A stretch of 64,000 bases of DNA, taken from assembly GCA_964016885.1 (NCBI GenBank), contig OZ024742.1, positions 244,218,001 to 244,282,000 of the forward strand, written 5' to 3'. The notes beneath the pieces were generated by a model. That model searched no databases, was not told where the DNA came from, and saw nothing but the letters and a program-made list of their open reading frames with translations. This document shows positions 58,543-64,000 of this stretch, in pieces. The stretch comes from Eledone cirrhosa. Its lineage: Eukaryota. The stretch's first letter is position 1; each line of letters begins with the position of its first letter. The translations under genes were made by a program, and so were the position numbers.

Positions 58543-59410
58543 TCTTGAAGATTGGAAAGAAATGAAGCTTCCATGCTTCACTGGATGTGCAATAGCAAAT
58601 ATGTGAATAGCAAAGTATAAATACACTGCGTGAGAAATTGGGCTTAAGAACGATTAGTTGTTGCATGCAGGAGAGGAGATTACATTGGTATGGACATGTG
58701 ATGTGTATGAAGGATGACAGCTGTATAATAAGGTGCATAGCGCTCAAAGTCGATGGAAACTGTGGTGCGGGCAGGTCTAGGAAGACTCGGGATGAGGTAA
58801 TAAAAGCTGACCTTGCATAATTACACCTCTCAAAGGCAATGACTCAGGATCGCGAACTCTGGCGCTATGCAATTTTACGGAAGACCTGCCCTCTATTATT
58901 CTCGGAATGAGGCTTACACCTAGTAGGCAACACCTTCCTCAACCTTCTCCCCTCTCATTCACCTCCCTTAGCAGTAACCATACCTTCCCTAATACCCTGT
59001 CCACATTTTTTCCCTCAAGCCTCTCCACCTTCCCTAGTCCCAAGACAAAAGTGCCCAGGCCCCACTGTATTGTGTTGGTGACACAATGAAGGTGCCCAGT
59101 CCACACTGTAAAGAACATCTAGCCCACACTGTAAAGTGATCGTGTAGGTGTCATGGCAAAAAGCACCCAGCACACACTGTAAATGTGGTTGGCGTTAGGA
59201 AGGGCATCAAGCCATAGAAAACCAGCCCCAAAACACCTAGTCGACACTGTCAATGTGGTTGGCGTTAGGAAGGGCATCAAGCCATAGAAAACCAGCCAGA
59301 AACTCTCCTATATGAGCAAGACATGGTCACCCAACCCCACTTGCCTGTAAATGGGACAAACCGGTCTAACCCATGTTAGCTTGGAAGATAGATGTTAATT
59401 AATGATGATA
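58543..59410 (+). mobile_element. RTE LINE 3' fragment (related subfamily) with tandemly duplicated 3' UTR modules
   Basis: RLERNEASMLHWMC, ERRLHWYGHVMCMKDDSCI, GRSRKT; tggttggcgttaggaagggcatcaagccatagaaaaccagcc present twice. Confidence 0.85.
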
Positions 59411-59479
59411 GTGATCACATGGAAGTTTTTCCCCAACTAAGAATTTTCTAGATTGATAATCATCAGTACCTTCCATGGA

Positions 59480-59745
59480 GCTTCTGGATTGAATATTACC
59501 AATTTGAAGTTTTAATTTCTGATGTAAGTTAGAGTTCTTTGTTCCCTAAAATTTTCCTCTTCTATCACCATAAGAAATCCATTCAAATATCTTTGTTGGT
59601 ATAAACTCTTGAAAGCTACAATTGCACCTTGATCTATTAGCTGGATTGTGGAGGTAACATTAGGTATCACCATTACTGACCAGTTGGTGACCACCTGGAT
59701 GATCAAGTGTGTTGTCCAAAATTAGTAGCAACTTCTTAATCATCA
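59480..59745 (-). mobile_element. Tigger/pogo DDE_1 transposase remnant
   Basis: LLLILDNTLDHPG; PNVTSTIQLIDQGAIVAFKSLY resembles the PPNTTSLIQPMDQG motif. Confidence 0.75.
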
Positions 59746-59812
59746 ACAGAAAGTTTAAGAAAATCTTCCTGGTATTATTAACACTGCATGAAAAATGTAA
59801 GAGAAACTATCA

Positions 59813-59950
59813 TTAACCCTTTAGCATTTACATTACTCTATATTTACTATTATATTTTCACAGTAAAGGCTTTATCTCACATAATTATCTCACATAATAT
59901 CGAGAACAATACCTTAACAGATACAGCTGGTTTAAATGCTAAAGGGTTAA
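59813..59950. mobile_element. Internally deleted piggyBac-type MITE
   Basis: Perfect TTAACCCTTTAGCATTTA..TAAATGCTAAAGGGTTAA ends. Confidence 0.9.
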
Positions 59951-59999
59951 AGGTACACATGTTAAGTTATGATTTCTTGGAATGGTTGCTAGTACATTA

Positions 60000-60261
60000 A
60001 AAAAGTCTAAAGTCTGTCTCATTTGGCCGGTGCTTATCCCGGTTTCATGGCGTGAAGCGACTGAGAGTACAAGACTCAATCCTGGACAGGACGCCAGTCC
60101 ATCGCAGGGTTAAACCTCCAGCTATTGCTGGTACTCATTTTCAGCTGAGTATACTGGAGCAACGTGAAATGAAATGTTTTGCTCAAGAACACAACACGCA
60201 ACCCAGGAATCGAACCCACGACATTATGATCATAAGTCCAACACTCTTACCACTAGGCCAC
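60000..60261 (-). mobile_element. SINE family C (tRNA head, CORE-like and V-like segments)
   Basis: Minus strand GTGGCCTAGTGG, GGGTTCGATTCC, aaccctgcgatggactggcgtcctgtccagg; TSD gtacatta at 59992-59999 and 60262-60269. Confidence 0.85.
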
Positions 60262-60531
60262 GTACATTATGTCTTTCAAAATTATTAGCAGACATGCTGG
60301 TCAAGGCTTCATTCATAAAAATGTTGGTATTCTAGAGTAGGGACCATCAATACAATATAGTTTCATCCTCAACATACACTAGACCAATTAAGGGTAGAAA
60401 ATCTGCCAGATAGTCCTATATGAGCGAGACACGATCACCCGACCAACCTTGCCTCAAGTGGGACAACTCCCGTCTAACTCATGCTAGCGTGGAAAGTGGA
60501 CATTAAACGAGGATGATGATGATGATGATGA

Positions 60532-60627
60532 TACAGGTTGTCCCCAAAATATGTATACACACTTTGATTACCTGTACAGACAATATTTATTAGAATGCTG
60601 TTGAAGTGTGTATACATTTTGGGGGAC

Positions 60628-60635
<8 letters not shown>
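60532..60635. mobile_element. ~100-bp Tc1/mariner-type MITE
   Basis: TA-CAGGTTGTCCCCAAAATATGTATACAC..GTGTATACATTTTGGGGGACACCC; a related copy lies at about 6286-6369. Confidence 0.7.
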
Positions 60636-60673
<38 letters not shown>

Positions 60674-61343
60674 TAACGAAGGAGGTGTGGTAAGGAATCA
60701 GATGGACCATAACGCACCAGAGTACTCAATACTTAGGGTTTCAACGGCTATTTCTGGACTAACCGCTTGTGACTTTAAGACCCGGCTCTACTAACACCGA
60801 CATACGTTCCGAAAGCTGGCCCAGCGGCATGCCACTACACTTTCGGGCCACATCTGGGACCTCCAAGATAATAACATAGCAAACAATCTTACTTGGAGTT
60901 TACTGTCCAGGGCTAACTCCTACACGGGAGGACGCTGTCCGTGTAACTGATGCTCGGAGGAAACATTACAAATGCTGTTTACGAAGGACCAACTCCTAAA
61001 CAAAAAAGACGAACTTGTAACTGCATGTAAACACTGATTGCGTAGGACTTACCTCGCCCTCAAATCCCCTCATGACCCAGGAGGGTAGACAATGGCTGCA
61101 ACATCCTTCTTTTCCCCACTTAGGGGAAACCCCAGCTAACATAGGTAGATGTACTTCTTTCCTTTTTCTTTTCTTCTTCATTTTATCTCTTCCTATCACT
61201 TCCTTCCACTCCCTCTCCTCTTCCTTTTCCTGTTTCCTCTTTCGCCTACCCCGAGGCAACCGTTCGGGCTTTTGTAGCCTCAGTGCCCCCACCCCAGTAA
61301 ATTATATATAGCATTGGCCGAAAACACAATACCAACTAATTAT

Positions 61344-61516
61344 TGTTTCTACTTTTGGCACAAGGCCAGCAATTACTCAGTGCATTACTGGTACTTTATT
61401 TTATCGACCCCGTAAGGATGAAAGTTAACCTCAGCGGGATTTGAAATCAGACCATAAAGGGCCGTAACTCTTTGCTGCAAAGCATGGCGTCAGACCCTCT
61501 ACCGATACTGCCAATC
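61344..61516 (-). mobile_element. Young SINE family B nested in the Penelope-like relic
   Basis: 19-bp TSD cacaataccaactaattat at 61325-61343 and 61517-61535. Confidence 0.9.
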
Positions 61517-61909
61517 CACAATACCAACTAATTATAGCAGCTGCTTTAGACTCTAGAGATTTTTAAAATTATTTTTTACTATTTAATTTTATTATTTTTA
61601 TTTATTTATATATTTATTATCTTTTAATCTCAATTTATTAACCTTTCAATTCTATAACGTTCCACTCTCAAATTCCTCCAGAATCCTTTTTCGCCTGCTT
61701 CCTAACTAGCCTAATTTAATACACACTCCTTAGAATTTACTGTATAGAATTCACTTTCAACGCTTGACCCGCTCCACCCACTCCCTCATTGTTCTACAGG
61801 CAAGTTCAGCTACCCCACCTCCCACCCACCGCCATGAAAGATTTAATTGTGTTTACAAGAAATTTTGACCAATCCTTTTGACAACAACAATCCTCCCATA
61901 TAAGGAATT

Positions 61910-61994
61910 ACCCCTTGAAAAGTTCGACTATTTATTACCACAAGATTTAGTCCAGAAATAGCCGTCGAAACGGTTTGAGCTCTGCCGTCGGGGT
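61910..61994 (+). ncRNA. Type I hammerhead ribozyme, U3-A8 core variant
   Basis: Stem I ACCCC/GGGGT; core TTGAAAA; stem II G..CGACTATTT/AAATAGCCG..C; GAAA; stem III ACGGT/GCCGT with a GAGCTC-containing loop; GUC site ending at 61989. Confidence 0.7.
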
Positions 61995-62804
61995 TAAACA
62001 TTTTGCTATATATATATATATATATATATATATAAGATACAGTGGTTACTTGATAAAGATATTTAAAAATAAAAGTGGGGGACAGTCCTTTCTTCAGGTG
62101 TCTGCTGGAGATCACGGACATTTCAACGCATTAAAGACAATATGTCTAACTCCAGTGCGGCAATAACTTGTGGAAGTTATTGGGGAAGGAAAAAAGGAGA
62201 GAGGAAAAAGATTAAACAGAAGGGAAAAAAAAGAAGAAAAAAAAAACACAGAGCACATACCGAAAAAGAGAGGAACACGAGAAGCACATGTATATATATA
62301 TAAGTAACCAGGAGAGAGAGAGAGAAATCAAAAACAGCTACTGAACATAAGTCCGAGGCTTTTGTTGACGATGAATTAGGGAGAGCAAAGAAAAACAAGT
62401 CTGATATATAAACACACACACGCACACACACACACACAATATATATATATACAACTTTAGACTACTTTGATCTGACTTAATCTTTGTTTATGAGTTTATA
62501 TTATTAGATTTGAAAGCAAATTAAGGTCAAACTATATCATCATACTGCCCAAAAACAATATTGTAAAGAAAATCAATTTCAGTTAATAAATTTTCAATGA
62601 ATTTATATATACCAATTCTCACCTGAAAAGTGTAGTATTTATTAAAGTGGAGTGTGAAAACAAATAAGAAAGTAAATTTTATATAAGTAACAGAGTAAAT
62701 GTATAGAGAGAGAAGAAGGGAGCGGAGGAGTAAGTTAGTTAGAATAGTATGCAAATGTAGAGGCTAGTTAACGAGAAGGGAATACAGAATGCTAGAAACA
62801 GTGC

Positions 62805-63431
62805 TTAACCCTTTAGCATTTAAACCGGCCATATCTGGCCAGAATTCTCTTACCTTTTTCTGTTCAAACCAGCTGTAACTGGCCACTCATACTGATGTTA
62901 AGGTATTTTTCTCAAAATGAATAATATCAAAATCTCATAGATTCGATATTATGTGAGGTAAAGCCTTTATAGTGAAAATACGAGGGTAATCCCAAAAGTA
63001 AGGTCTCCAAAGCGATGGGGACGCAGAAAAACTGTTCGTGCGGCTGTTGGCAACACTGTTGTGATTGGTGCTTCCTTCACTCCCAAACAAGAATGCGCGC
63101 GCTTTGCTGGGATGCTCAATCTTGGGTTGGCAGCCGTTGAGAATGGAGCTCCCGTTGAACGCTACCGCCAAGTGTGAATTTCGCGCAGTTATTATATACG
63201 AGGACAATCCCAAAAGTAAGGTCTCCTTCTGAGGAAAACATGCGTAAAGATCGGCGGATCACTCTGGATGCTCTCTGCATTTTGGTTCCTGAGGTTTATC
63301 GAAGCACCATCCACGGGATTTTAACGGAAAAGTTGCAATATCGGAAGTTGCAATATCAGAAGGAGACCTTACTTTTGGTATTGCCCTCGTACAATAGTAT
63401 ATATACAGTAATGTAAATACTAAAGGGTTAA
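62805..63431. mobile_element. piggyBac-type MITE carrying a nested mariner derivative
   Basis: TTAA-CCCTTTAG termini; host sequence gaaaaTAcaatag is split at TA. Confidence 0.9.
62981..63389 (+). mobile_element. Internally deleted mariner element with three TIR copies
   Basis: TIR CGAGGGTAATCCCAAAAGTAAGGTCTCC at 62981, again at 63199, inverted at 63362-63389; TA TSD; transposase scraps MELPLNATAKCEFRAVI and KDRRITLDAL..STIHGILTEKLQYRK. Confidence 0.88.
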
Positions 63432-63719
63432 ATATCTTAGAGAAGGTTGTAAACACAAATTATAAACAAGATATGTACTGTTTATGATTGTAGACATTCA
63501 GGCTGACCAAAGAAACATATATATTCTCGATATTAGCCGAATTTTCTTTACTTCTCTCTCCACTATTATTATTAAATAGGGCAGTGGATTGGCAGAATTG
63601 GTAGAGAGTAGGACAAAATGTTTGATGGTATTTGTCCCGCCTCTTTACTTTCTCTCTTTTTACCATGCTAACCACCCTGGATACATCATGATACAACTAG
63701 CTGTGGTTTATGTAGTAAT

Positions 63720-64000
63720 AGGGTAAATGGTACAGACCCCCTTTGGTCACGAATGACCATGGGATTAGCACCTAGAAAGTTCCCCTCACACGTCCGGGCA
63801 AGGTTGTTTGTGGAAGACCAGCAGTCACCCATGCATACCAGTCTCCTCTCTCCACACCACCGATGTTGTCCAAGAGAAAGGCAAAGACCGATACAGCTTA
63901 ACTCCAATGATTTCACAACTCATTTCTACAGCTGAGTGAACTGGAGCAACATGAATTAAAGTGTCTTGCTCAAGAACCCAACACAAAGCCCGGTAAGAGA
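63720..64000 (-). mobile_element. CORE-like SINE (another 3' family), cut by the window end
   Basis: ctcatttctacagctgagtgaactggagcaac..aagtgtcttgctcaag is shared with families A and C. Confidence 0.75.

Larger units (their letters stand above)
60674..62008 (+). mobile_element. 5'-truncated Penelope-like retroelement relic: inverted 5' segment, GIY-YIG endonuclease C-terminus and 3' region with a hammerhead; embedded in (TA)n
   Basis: Single frame from 60756: GLTACDFKTRLY*HRHTFRK..ATTLSGHIWDLQDNNI..LTWSLLSRANSY..RCPCN*CSEETLQML..LLNKKDELVTACKH*. 25-nt inverted repeat at 60738-60762 and 61947-61971. Confidence 0.85.

Noticed and set aside
60756-61040. In-frame TGA codons in the PLE endonuclease as possible selenocysteine
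   Set aside because: The TGAs fall at positions expected to be Leu (CNxC) and Arg (after CKH), not Cys. A TAA also interrupts the frame, so this is ordinary decay.
62030-62200. Minus-strand CTGAAGA near 62097 as a third hammerhead
   Set aside because: No downstream GAAA, stem III or stem I partner in the right order. It could be a truncated PLE end, but I cannot support that.

Overview
AT-rich, microsatellite-dense animal genomic DNA. The repeat landscape (tRNA/CORE-type SINEs, RTE LINEs with (ATG)n tails, very long TA/GGT arrays) suggests a mollusc, probably a coleoid cephalopod; this is inference. The one host gene is on the + strand: the last 13 coding exons (1059-19605, about 885 aa visible, 5' end upstream of the window) of a ZMIZ1/2 (Zimp10/tonalli) SP-RING/MIZ zinc-finger co-regulator. 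I assembled it exon by exon with consistent splice phases. It has one GC-AG intron, a Q48 tract and probably a very long 3' UTR. The rest is transposon-derived: 5'-truncated RTE LINEs whose RT region carries a PHD-type finger, a decayed CRE-like non-LTR element, pogo/Tigger and mariner remnants, about 12 copies of a TTAA-flanked piggyBac-type MITE, several SINE families and a ~6 kb simple-repeat island. The ORF track misses the most interesting items: a Penelope-like (GIY-YIG) relic at 60.7-62.0 kb carrying a type I hammerhead ribozyme with a compensatory U3-A8 core plus an inverted half-hammerhead, a second minimal hammerhead at 41.5 kb, and a 135-nt intronic foldback at 2.1-2.2 kb. I found no convincing wholly new protein-coding system. 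All calls were made by eye, without database searches.
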